Source of the DNA: a virus
Direction: 5' to 3' (one strand)
IMG/VR virus record: IMGVR_UViG_3300045988_150584
DNA length: 64,000 bases
Shown: piece after piece, positions 9,169 to 15,494 of the stretch
Layout: the number at the start of each line of letters is the position of its first letter
How positions within the stretch are numbered: position 1 is the stretch's first letter
The notes under the pieces: model-generated
What the model saw: only the letters and a program-made list of their open reading frames with translations
Database searches by the model: none
Told to the model about the DNA's origin: nothing
Position numbers and translations under genes: made by a program

Positions 9169-9225
9169 AAGACGCAAACAGCAATCTAATAAAATCAAAC
9201 TTGAAATTTGACAGGTAAGCGTCTT
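9169..9225 (+). ncRNA. Hairpin element R2 (AAGACGC...GCGTCTT) with ACAGCAAT
   Basis: 7-bp closing stem; interior starts AAACAGCAATCTAAT. Confidence 0.35.
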
Positions 9226-9237
9226 GTGGTGTGATAT

Positions 9238-9328
9238 GGAGTAGTAATCCTAATTGGTAAGGAAGTAGTTTGCTAAACTACCAGTAATCGGGAACGATGT
9301 GCAGGTTCGAGTCCTGTCTACTCTGCCA
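9238..9328 (+). tRNA. tRNA-Ser (anticodon GCU), class II, encoded CCA
   Basis: Hand fold: acceptor GGAGTAG/CTACTCT, anticodon arm GTAGT-TTGCTAA-ACTAC, long variable arm with ATCG/CGAT stem, T arm GCAGG-TTCGAGT-CCTGT. Confidence 0.85.
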
Positions 9329-9490
9329 ACAAAAGCAAGTAGACAAAGAGAAAGTCTGTTCGCAATCGAAGCCGGCAATCATTGATTATTTTGTCCGCTT
9401 TCTTCACGGTAACTGCATGGCAGTAGTGCGAATACAAAACAGATTGGGTTCTGTTGTATGGGAGTGTGGCCTATACCTTGCTTGATATAT

Positions 9491-9577
9491 GCTGATGTGA
9501 TGGAACTGGCATACATGGGGGACTTAAAATCCCCCGCCGATTGTGGATTATGGGTTCGACTCCCATCATCAGCACCA
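9491..9577 (+). tRNA. tRNA-Leu (anticodon UAA), class II, encoded CCA
   Basis: Acceptor GCTGATG/CATCAGC, anticodon arm GGGGA-CTTAAAA-TCCCC, 15-nt variable region, T arm ATGGG-TTCGACT-CCCAT. Confidence 0.85.
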
Positions 9578-9659
9578 GCCGTTGTGATGATCGGCTTTCA
9601 TCTCCTTCTTTGTGTGACGGTGGGACAGACCACTACTGCCGTGTAAGTGCGGCATAAAT

Positions 9660-9771
9660 GAGAGCGTCTGGATGACAGCTTTAAGGTGTATCGAACGGCG
9701 GACACCTACAGCAATGTTCTTTAAGAAAACTGGAATTTTTCTGCTTACGGGTTCGATTCCCGTAGCTCTCA
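9660..9771 (+). ncRNA. tRNA-like RNA, 112 nt, about 40 extra nt on the 5' side
   Basis: Acceptor GAGAGC(G)/(A)GCTCTC, T arm ACGGG-TTCGATT-CCCGT, candidate anticodon arm GAAAA-CTGGAAT-TTTTC, extra hairpin GGTGT-12 nt-ACACC and CTACAGCAAT motif. Confidence 0.5.
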
Positions 9772-9841
9772 AGAGCCGTTAAATAATCTTCTCGAACTGG
9801 TGAGCAATTCACAACTTCTCTGGGAAGATGTAATAAGAAAT

Positions 9842-9952
9842 GCAGAGGTAGCTCAGTCGGTAGAGCATCAGACAAAAAATGTGCTAAGCATTAGCGCTAA
9901 CAGCAATGTTAAAGGAATCCGAGTGTCGGAGGTTCAAGTCCTCCCCTCTGCG
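9842..9952 (+). tRNA. tRNA-shaped gene whose anticodon stem closes a 45-nt loop (9873-9917)
   Basis: Perfect acceptor GCAGAGG/CCTCTGC, D arm GCTC-AGTCGGTA-GAGC, T arm GGAGG-TTCAAGT-CCTCC, V loop GTGTC, anticodon stem TCAGA/TCCGA. Loop contains CGCTAACAGCAAT. Confidence 0.6.
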
Positions 9953-9959
9953 TCTATAT

Positions 9960-10031
9960 TCGTGCGTAACATCTGCGAAAGTACACCGTGGATGCGATTG
10001 GTATATGTCAGTTCGATTCTGACCGCACGAG
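9960..10031 (+). ncRNA. tRNA-like RNA, 72 nt, no D arm
   Basis: Acceptor TCGTGCG/CGCACGA and T arm GTCAG-TTCGATT-CTGAC; the middle folds as an 8-bp stem (CATCTGCG/CGTGGATG) with a 9-nt loop. Confidence 0.4.
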
Positions 10032-10110
10032 CCTATGCGGTGTCTCACTGAAATAAATGTGGTGTGGGTGAGTAAAATCAGGGCTGTTGAAGAACTTGTA
10101 TCGTAGCGCT

Positions 10111-10180
10111 GCGGTGCATGGAACGTCTGGCAGAAGCAGTTTTACAATACAGAGCTGTTCGAGTCAGCTCCACCGCCCCA
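10111..10180 (+). ncRNA. tRNA-like RNA, 70 nt including encoded CCA, no recognisable D or anticodon arm
   Basis: Acceptor GCGGTG(C)/(C)CACCGC, T arm AGCTG-TTCGAGT-CAGCT, then C-CCA. Confidence 0.4.
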
Positions 10181-10183
10181 AAT

Positions 10184-10298
10184 GCCAGGGTAGCTCAATC
10201 GGTAGAGCGCGTAATAACGCGACTTGTTAAGCCGCTTGCAGCAAATTTCTTTTGGTCTGTTAAACCCGTGGTTGCAGGTTCGATTCCTGCCCCTGGCT
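10184..10298 (+). tRNA. tRNA-Asn (GUU) interrupted by a 42-nt insert (10212-10253) inside the 5' strand of the anticodon stem
   Basis: Removing 10212-10253 gives a 73-nt cloverleaf: GCCAGGG/CCCTGGC, GCTC/GAGC, CGGGT-CTGTTAA-ACCCG, TGGTT, GCAGG-TTCGATT-CCTGC. Confidence 0.65.
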
Positions 10299-10384
10299 CA
10301 ACGTGAATGACTGCTTAAACCATTCTAAACCGACACGACAAAAGGGCAGAAATGGTGACAGCTCGGAGAGACGAGCATCTATAT

Positions 10385-10502
10385 ACGGCAGTGGTGAAGC
10401 GGTAACACAGCAGCCATACAAATGCGAAAAGTGGATTTTCGCTAACAGCTATTTCACAATCCAAGCTGCCAATCGTAGGTTCGATTCCTACCTGCCGTTC
10501 CA
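10385..10502 (+). tRNA. tRNA-shaped gene whose anticodon stem closes a 50-nt loop (10415-10464), encoded CCA
   Basis: Acceptor ACGGCAG/CTGCCGT, D arm GTG-AAGCGGTAA-CAC, anticodon stem GCAGC/GCTGC, V CAATC, T arm GTAGG-TTCGATT-CCTAC. Loop has hairpin GCGAAAA-GTGGA-TTTTCGC and CGCTAACAGCTAT. Confidence 0.6.
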
Positions 10503-10562
10503 CGGGTATAGAGTTGACTTTTCCGTTCAAACAGCCCCTTATAAAGTTGGTAGTAACGGTAT

Positions 10563-10626
10563 GAGACGCACACAGCAATTTGTAAGTAAAGTATTTAGCC
10601 TGATAAGCGGATTTCTTTTGCGTCTC
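10563..10626 (+). ncRNA. Hairpin element R3 (GAGACGCA...TGCGTCTC) with ACAGCAAT
   Basis: 8-bp closing stem; interior starts CACAGCAATTTG and ends ATTTCTTT. Confidence 0.35.
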
Positions 10627-10694
10627 GCCCCTCCTTTAAGACACAGACAGCATCGAATGTGAAATGGTGTCTTGAAGGCTATTTCAAACAAAAA

Positions 10695-10711
10695 GAAATT
10701 AGTTAAACAAT
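10695..10711 (+). promoter_or_regulatory. Leader motif instance GAAATTAGTTAAACAAT
   Basis: Directly upstream of the AAGGAGG RBS of the vWA gene. Confidence 0.4.
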
Positions 10712-10728
10712 TCAAGGAGGAAGAAAGT

Positions 10729-12273
10729 ATGAATGGTTTTATGTCTGCTATGAAAAGCACTTTGAACGATGAGTTCAATGTTTCTGTTACCGAAAACGGT
10801 GCTGTTGGCTATCGTACTACCGGCAAGGAACTATTGGATCTCAACTTTGCCGTTGCATCTCTTCGTAAGGCATCTCCGAGCGATATTGCAAACCGCTTCG
10901 TCAGAGCGTTTTTCGAGGATAAGATTACGGCAATGAAATGGCTGTTCTTTGCGCGTGATGTTCGTGGTGGTCTTGGCGAGCGTCGTTTGTTCCGCATCGT
11001 GTTTCAGCGTATGGCGGAGGAAAATCCGGAATACATCATTCCGCTGATTTCCCTTGTGCCTGAGTATGGACGCTATGACGATTTGTGGTGTTTGCTCGAT
11101 ACAAAGCTTGCACCTAATGTGCTGAACATCATTGCGCAGCAGCTCCGCGATGACATTCAGAATTTGAGCGATGGCAATAGTATTTCTCTTCTCGCAAAGT
11201 GGCTTCCGTCTGCGAATGCTCATTCCGCTGACGCAAAGCGTTATGCTAAGCAGATCTACAAGTTTATGGGCATTTCTGAGCGCGACTACCGTAAGGTGCT
11301 GTCCAAGCTGCGTTCTAAGCTGGATATCGTGGAGAAGAAAATGTCCGAAAAGCGTTGGGATGAGATTGCGTATGAAGCTGTCCCGTCTCGTGCAAATCTG
11401 ATTTACAACTCCGCATTCCTTCGTAACGACGAAGATCGCCGCCGCGATTTCCTGTCCCGTTTGGAAAAGGGCGAAACGAAAATCAATGCGTCTACGCTTT
11501 TCCCGCATGACATTGTTGCAAAGTATAGCGATGGCTGGCGTGGCCTGAAGCCTACGGATAAAACACTGGAAGCTCTTTGGAACGCACTTCCCGATACCGT
11601 AAACGGATGCGGCAATACCATCGTCGTTGCGGATGGCAGCGGCAGTATGACCGTGAATGTCGGTGGCAGCAATGTTACCGCACTGGCTGTTGCAAATGCA
11701 CTTGCGATTTATTTCGCAGAGCGTTCCTCTGGTCAGTTCAAGGACAATTACATTACATTTTCTGAGCATCCTCAGCTCGTCGATTTGAGTAAGGGCAAGA
11801 ATCTCCGCGAGAAGATTCAGATTGCGCTTAAACACAGCGAGGTAGCAAACACAAATATCGAAGCGGTGTTTGACCTTATCTTGACTACGGCAAAGAAAAA
11901 CAACATGGGACAGAGCGATCTTCCTGCAAATATCCTTATTATCTCCGATATGGAGTTTGACTACTGCGCAACATCGAATGGTGGAAGCAGATATAATCGT
12001 GGTCGCGTTGATTCTCGTCTGTTTGACAAGATTGCAAAGCGCTATGAGGATGCTGGGTATAAACTGCCAAGGCTCGTGTTCTGGAACGTGAATAGCCGCA
12101 CGAATACCATCCCTATTAAGGAAAACGAGATGGGAGTTGCGCTTGTAAGCGGTTTTAGTCCGAACATCGCAAAGATGGTGATGAGTGGTCAAACTGATCC
12201 GTATGAGTGTCTGCTTGAAACGCTGAACTCTGATCGCTATAAGCCTATCGGTGACGCTCTGGAAAATCAGTAA
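10729..12273 (+). CDS. DUF2828-like alpha-repeat plus vWA (MIDAS) protein; architecture reminiscent of Ro60/TROVE-vWA
   Basis: ORF track 10672..12273; ATG 10729 after AAGGAGG. FFARDVRGGLGERRLF and YGRYDDLW segments; C-terminal vWA with DGSGS MIDAS motif. Confidence 0.8.
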   Translation: MNGFMSAMKSTLNDEFNVSVTENGAVGYRTTGKELLDLNFAVASLRKASPSDIANRFVRAFFEDKITAMKWLFFARDVRGGLGERRLFRIVFQRMAEENPEYIIPLISLVPEYGRYDDLWCLLDTKLAPNVLNIIAQQLRDDIQNLSDGNSISLLAKWLPSANAHSADAKRYAKQIYKFMGISERDYRKVLSKLRSKLDIVEKKMSEKRWDEIAYEAVPSRANLIYNSAFLRNDEDRRRDFLSRLEKGETKINASTLFPHDIVAKYSDGWRGLKPTDKTLEALWNALPDTVNGCGNTIVVADGSGSMTVNVGGSNVTALAVANALAIYFAERSSGQFKDNYITFSEHPQLVDLSKGKNLREKIQIALKHSEVANTNIEAVFDLILTTAKKNNMGQSDLPANILIISDMEFDYCATSNGGSRYNRGRVDSRLFDKIAKRYEDAGYKLPRLVFWNVNSRTNTIPIKENEMGVALVSGFSPNIAKMVMSGQTDPYECLLETLNSDRYKPIGDALENQ

Positions 12274-12288
12274 AACTCCAACCCAAAA

Positions 12289-12322
12289 GTAAGCAAACCA
12301 CGAAATAAGTGGGTAGTTAAAG
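12289..12322 (+). promoter_or_regulatory. Bipartite motif copy C: GTAAGCAAA-N12-TGGGTAGTTAAAG
   Basis: Same spacing as the other three copies. Confidence 0.35.
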
Positions 12323-12323
12323 T

Positions 12324-12347
12324 AGGGCGGCGGACACCCGCCGCCCT
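12324..12347 (+). terminator. GC-rich hairpin AGGGCGGCGG-ACAC-CCGCCGCCCT
   Basis: 10-bp stem after the vWA gene; weak T tail. Confidence 0.5.
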
Positions 12348-12371
12348 ATCATTATATCCGGAGGTTCGTTT

Positions 12372-12656
12372 ATGGACTTGGTTACAAAATATATTATGAC
12401 GCATTCTGATGGTCGCCGTCATCCTATTTGCGGCTCTGCTATTGCTGCTGCATTTTGTGTGTCGAGCGTTGAAGTGAGACGGCTTGTAAACGCCGCCCGT
12501 ACAAATGGTGATCCGATTTGTTCCAGTGGGCGTGGATACTACATTGCAAAGGACAAAGATGAAATCCAGAAAACAATCGAGTCTCTACAAGGTCGCATCG
12601 CTGGCATGAGTAATGCTGTGTCCGGACTGCAGCAGTATATGGAAGGAGCATTCTGA
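12372..12656 (+). CDS. winged-helix DNA-binding-like protein
   Basis: ORF track 94 aa; GGAGG upstream. Confidence 0.55.
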   Translation: MDLVTKYIMTHSDGRRHPICGSAIAAAFCVSSVEVRRLVNAARTNGDPICSSGRGYYIAKDKDEIQKTIESLQGRIAGMSNAVSGLQQYMEGAF

Positions 12657-12967
12657 TGCCAGATGTTGTTATGACGAATCATAGTGTGAAGCGAACAAAA
12701 GAAAGAATTGGACTAAGCAAGAAAATCGCAGATAAGAACGCGCAGAGAGCGCTTGAATACGGTGTTACGCACTCTGAGGCAAAAGGTGGCTTATGTCGGT
12801 ATCTTGATAAACTGTATCTGTCGAATGGTAATGCAAATAATGTTCGCGTTTATCACAGATATGTATATCTCTTTCGTGGGAACACGCTTTTGACAATCAT
12901 TCCATTACCAAACAAATTCTATGCTCTGGCGGACAAACTTCAAAAGCAGAAAGGCGAAATAGAATGA
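12656..12967 (+). CDS. hypothetical protein
   Basis: ORF track 103 aa; start overlaps the preceding stop. Confidence 0.6.
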   Translation: MPDVVMTNHSVKRTKERIGLSKKIADKNAQRALEYGVTHSEAKGGLCRYLDKLYLSNGNANNVRVYHRYVYLFRGNTLLTIIPLPNKFYALADKLQKQKGEIE

Positions 12968-13920
12968 GAATTGTAAAAACACATACTGGAAAAATTTATG
13001 TTGATAAGGATAAGAAACTGGAATTTTTAACGGTTGGCGACTATGGCAAGGAAAACAATATTAAAGCAAGTTTTCTTGGTTTGAACAAAGAAATCAACGG
13101 TGTTCAACATCATACGGTTGACCTGGCGGATAAGTGGGTTGCTACTATCAGCACTCAGAAAGGTTGTCCGATGAATTGCCAGTTTTGTGATTGCCCGAAG
13201 TATGGATTTCACGGAAATGTATCTCGTGAGGAACTGGCTTATGAAATTGAGACAATTCTTGCAAACGAACGAGTAACACATACTAATCGTTTCAATGTTC
13301 ACTTTGCTCGCATGGGTGAGCCTACATTCAACGATGCCGTTCTTCCGTTTGCTGAATTTGATTTGAAGCCGCTGGTTAAGCGGTTTATTACGGCAGATAC
13401 AATTCATCCTGTTGTTTCAACTATGCTTCCGAAAGCAAATGCCAATTTGAAGTCATTCATCATGGAATGGTGTCGCATTAAGAACAGTGTGTACAGTGGA
13501 GAAGCTGGTCTGCAATTTAGCATCAATTCGACGAATCAGGCGCAGCGTAATGAACAGTTTAACGGAAAGAGCTTATCCTTATCAGAAATTTCAAGTCTCG
13601 CATCTAAGCTTCCTACGCCGGTCGGTAGAAAATACACATTGAATTTTGCGGTAACGGCTGACACGATTTTGGATGCGGTGGAGCTTGGGAAGCTGTTCGA
13701 TAAGGAAAAGTTTATCGTAAAAATTACGCCGATTCACCAGACAAATGCAGCCATTAAGAATGGATTTGATGTGACCACGGAATATACTGACTACGATGTT
13801 TACCGCAAGTTTGAAGATCCACTTGTTGCTGCTGGATGGGATGTCATTGTGTTCGTACCGAGCGAGGAAGAAGATAGCGACCGTATTACTTGCGGGAATG
13901 CCTTAATTTCAGATAAGTGA
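12964..13920 (+). CDS. radical-SAM enzyme resembling the RlmN/Cfr RNA-methylating family
   Basis: ISTQKGCPMNCQFCDCPKYGFHGN (CxxxCxxC), RMGEPTFN, C-terminal DRITCGNAL. Pattern recalled from RlmN (SSQVGC..C.FC, MGMGEP, AACGQL). Confidence 0.65.
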   Translation: MRIVKTHTGKIYVDKDKKLEFLTVGDYGKENNIKASFLGLNKEINGVQHHTVDLADKWVATISTQKGCPMNCQFCDCPKYGFHGNVSREELAYEIETILANERVTHTNRFNVHFARMGEPTFNDAVLPFAEFDLKPLVKRFITADTIHPVVSTMLPKANANLKSFIMEWCRIKNSVYSGEAGLQFSINSTNQAQRNEQFNGKSLSLSEISSLASKLPTPVGRKYTLNFAVTADTILDAVELGKLFDKEKFIVKITPIHQTNAAIKNGFDVTTEYTDYDVYRKFEDPLVAAGWDVIVFVPSEEEDSDRITCGNALISDK

Positions 13921-13928
13921 GGTGCAGG

Positions 13929-14336
13929 ATGTACAAGCACTACGAAAACATTACAAGAGAAGTTTTGGATACAATAAAGGTTGGAGATTTGGTCAGAGTA
14001 AACGATTGGACGAGTCCAATGCTTGTGAAAGCGGTATCTAAGAATTTCTTTGTGATGACTTGTAAGAAAGGCGAAGATACATATTACTCTGTGTGTTCAA
14101 AACTGCCGTGGGACGGTATTCGTCACAATGCTATGGTTGGCGGCATGTTCCATTGTGGATGTGATGATTGGATTTTCGGGACGCCGCTTGGAATTAGAGA
14201 CGAAAACATCTACCAGTTTAATGATCCGGAGTTAAATAGGTTGTATCTACAAGAGTTTGAGGATGGTAAAACGCACATTTCTGAACGAAATGGAGCTGCT
14301 ATCTATGATTTGTATGTAGAGCGCTGTGATGACTAA
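13929..14336 (+). CDS. hypothetical protein
   Basis: ORF track 13917..14336; ATG 13929. Confidence 0.6.
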   Translation: MYKHYENITREVLDTIKVGDLVRVNDWTSPMLVKAVSKNFFVMTCKKGEDTYYSVCSKLPWDGIRHNAMVGGMFHCGCDDWIFGTPLGIRDENIYQFNDPELNRLYLQEFEDGKTHISERNGAAIYDLYVERCDD

Positions 14337-14350
14337 GGAGGTTATGCAAG

Positions 14351-14626
14351 ATGGTTGTAAGTCTACGCGAAATAGTGATGTCGCATGAAAAGATTTATTC
14401 GCTGCTCTATTCTCCGTGTAGAATCGAGAGTGACCCGATTGAAAAGCAGATTGTAGAAATTAGTACGAAGTCTCTGCGTTGGTCGGATGATGGGACGATG
14501 TTTGTCTATGTCTGGGGTTGGCCTGGGCCGGACTTTAACAGATATTCTGCAAAGACATACGGAAAAGGCTGGGCATTTACAAAACAGGAAATCATTGATG
14601 CCTGGGAGAGCGAGAATAGGAAGTAG
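14351..14626 (+). CDS. hypothetical protein
   Basis: ORF track 91 aa; AAGGAGG upstream. Confidence 0.6.
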   Translation: MVVSLREIVMSHEKIYSLLYSPCRIESDPIEKQIVEISTKSLRWSDDGTMFVYVWGWPGPDFNRYSAKTYGKGWAFTKQEIIDAWESENRK

Positions 14627-14635
14627 CAAATCAAT
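14619..14635 (+). promoter_or_regulatory. Leader motif instance GGAAGTAGCAAATCAAT
   Basis: Overlaps stop codon TAG 14624-14626. Confidence 0.3.
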
Positions 14636-14729
14636 CCTATGTACAGTTCATTTCTTAAAATAATTCACTGAAAAACACAGAGTTTTTCGTTGCAAGCAAG
14701 CGCAACTAATGATTGGAGTGTAATTTGCC

Positions 14730-15110
14730 ATGCCCCTTAAAACACCTGAATCACAGCGACGAATGGCTGAAATGCAGCACATGAGAGACTGTGGATTTAC
14801 TTTGCAGCAAATCGGAGATCAATATGGAATAAGCCGAGAGCGAGTTCGTCAGATTGTAAATAACATTCACAAGAAAAAGCGTACTTGTGGTGTGAAAAAT
14901 ATCTGCTATCCAAATTTCAAAAAATGGGCGCTTGATAATGGGTATTCCACTTTAACAAAGCTTGCTAATGATATGGATATGTGTTCATCTCTTGTTAGAA
15001 GTCTTCTGATCAAGGGTGAACCCCCTACAAAGCGCTCCATTAGGAAGATAACTGAATTCACTGGAATGTCTGCGGATGAAGTATTTTATCTACCGGATGT
15101 TGCAGCGTAA
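14730..15110 (+). CDS. sigma-70 region-4-like HTH protein (candidate phage transcription factor)
   Basis: CGFTLQQIGDQYGISRERVRQIVNNI resembles sigma region 4.2. Confidence 0.6.
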   Translation: MPLKTPESQRRMAEMQHMRDCGFTLQQIGDQYGISRERVRQIVNNIHKKKRTCGVKNICYPNFKKWALDNGYSTLTKLANDMDMCSSLVRSLLIKGEPPTKRSIRKITEFTGMSADEVFYLPDVAA

Positions 15111-15116
15111 AGATTG

Positions 15117-15150
15117 GTAAGCAAATTGTTATTACGATGGGTAGTTATAA
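15117..15150 (+). promoter_or_regulatory. Bipartite motif copy D: GTAAGCAAA-N12-TGGGTAGTTATAA
   Basis: Same spacing; 19 nt upstream of ATG 15169. Confidence 0.35.
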
Positions 15151-15168
15151 CGAAAGGGGTGTGGTTGC

Positions 15169-15480
15169 ATGAATGGTCTTGGTGAGGCTGTGATGATAAC
15201 ATGGGCTGAATATGGTCTAAAAATCGAAAATACGAGTGAAACAGCAGAATCACTTGTGATTTATGTTTCTGTCCCAGAGCATAGTTACAAAAGAAATGCC
15301 AGAGGCTCTGAAATGGCTGCTATGGATCTTGCAAAACGATTTAAGACCGTAATGACGGAGATGGGCGTTAAGCGTTTGACCGTTAAAGCCCGCGTTCGTG
15401 CTGGTGAATACTGGACGAAAGAAATGGCTGATAGCGCCAATATCGAGATGCGAAAAAACATCTTTGGAAGTCAATATTAA
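15169..15480 (+). CDS. hypothetical protein
   Basis: ORF track 103 aa. Confidence 0.6.
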   Translation: MNGLGEAVMITWAEYGLKIENTSETAESLVIYVSVPEHSYKRNARGSEMAAMDLAKRFKTVMTEMGVKRLTVKARVRAGEYWTKEMADSANIEMRKNIFGSQY

Positions 15481-15494
15481 GGAGGGTGTAATAG

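Noticed and set aside
9873-9917. Group I intron as the explanation for the tRNA inserts
   Set aside because: The inserts are only 38-44 nt, far too short for a group I core. I also saw no hammerhead-like CUGAUGA/GAAA core.
9297-10662. Several 60-119-aa ORFs on both strands across the tRNA region
   Set aside because: They overlap tRNA and tRNA-like structures, lack RBSs and have odd composition. I treated the region as non-coding RNA.
10831-12192. 453-aa minus-strand ORF
   Set aside because: It is the mirror frame of the vWA/DUF2828 gene, which has clear motifs and an RBS. It is a typical antisense shadow ORF.
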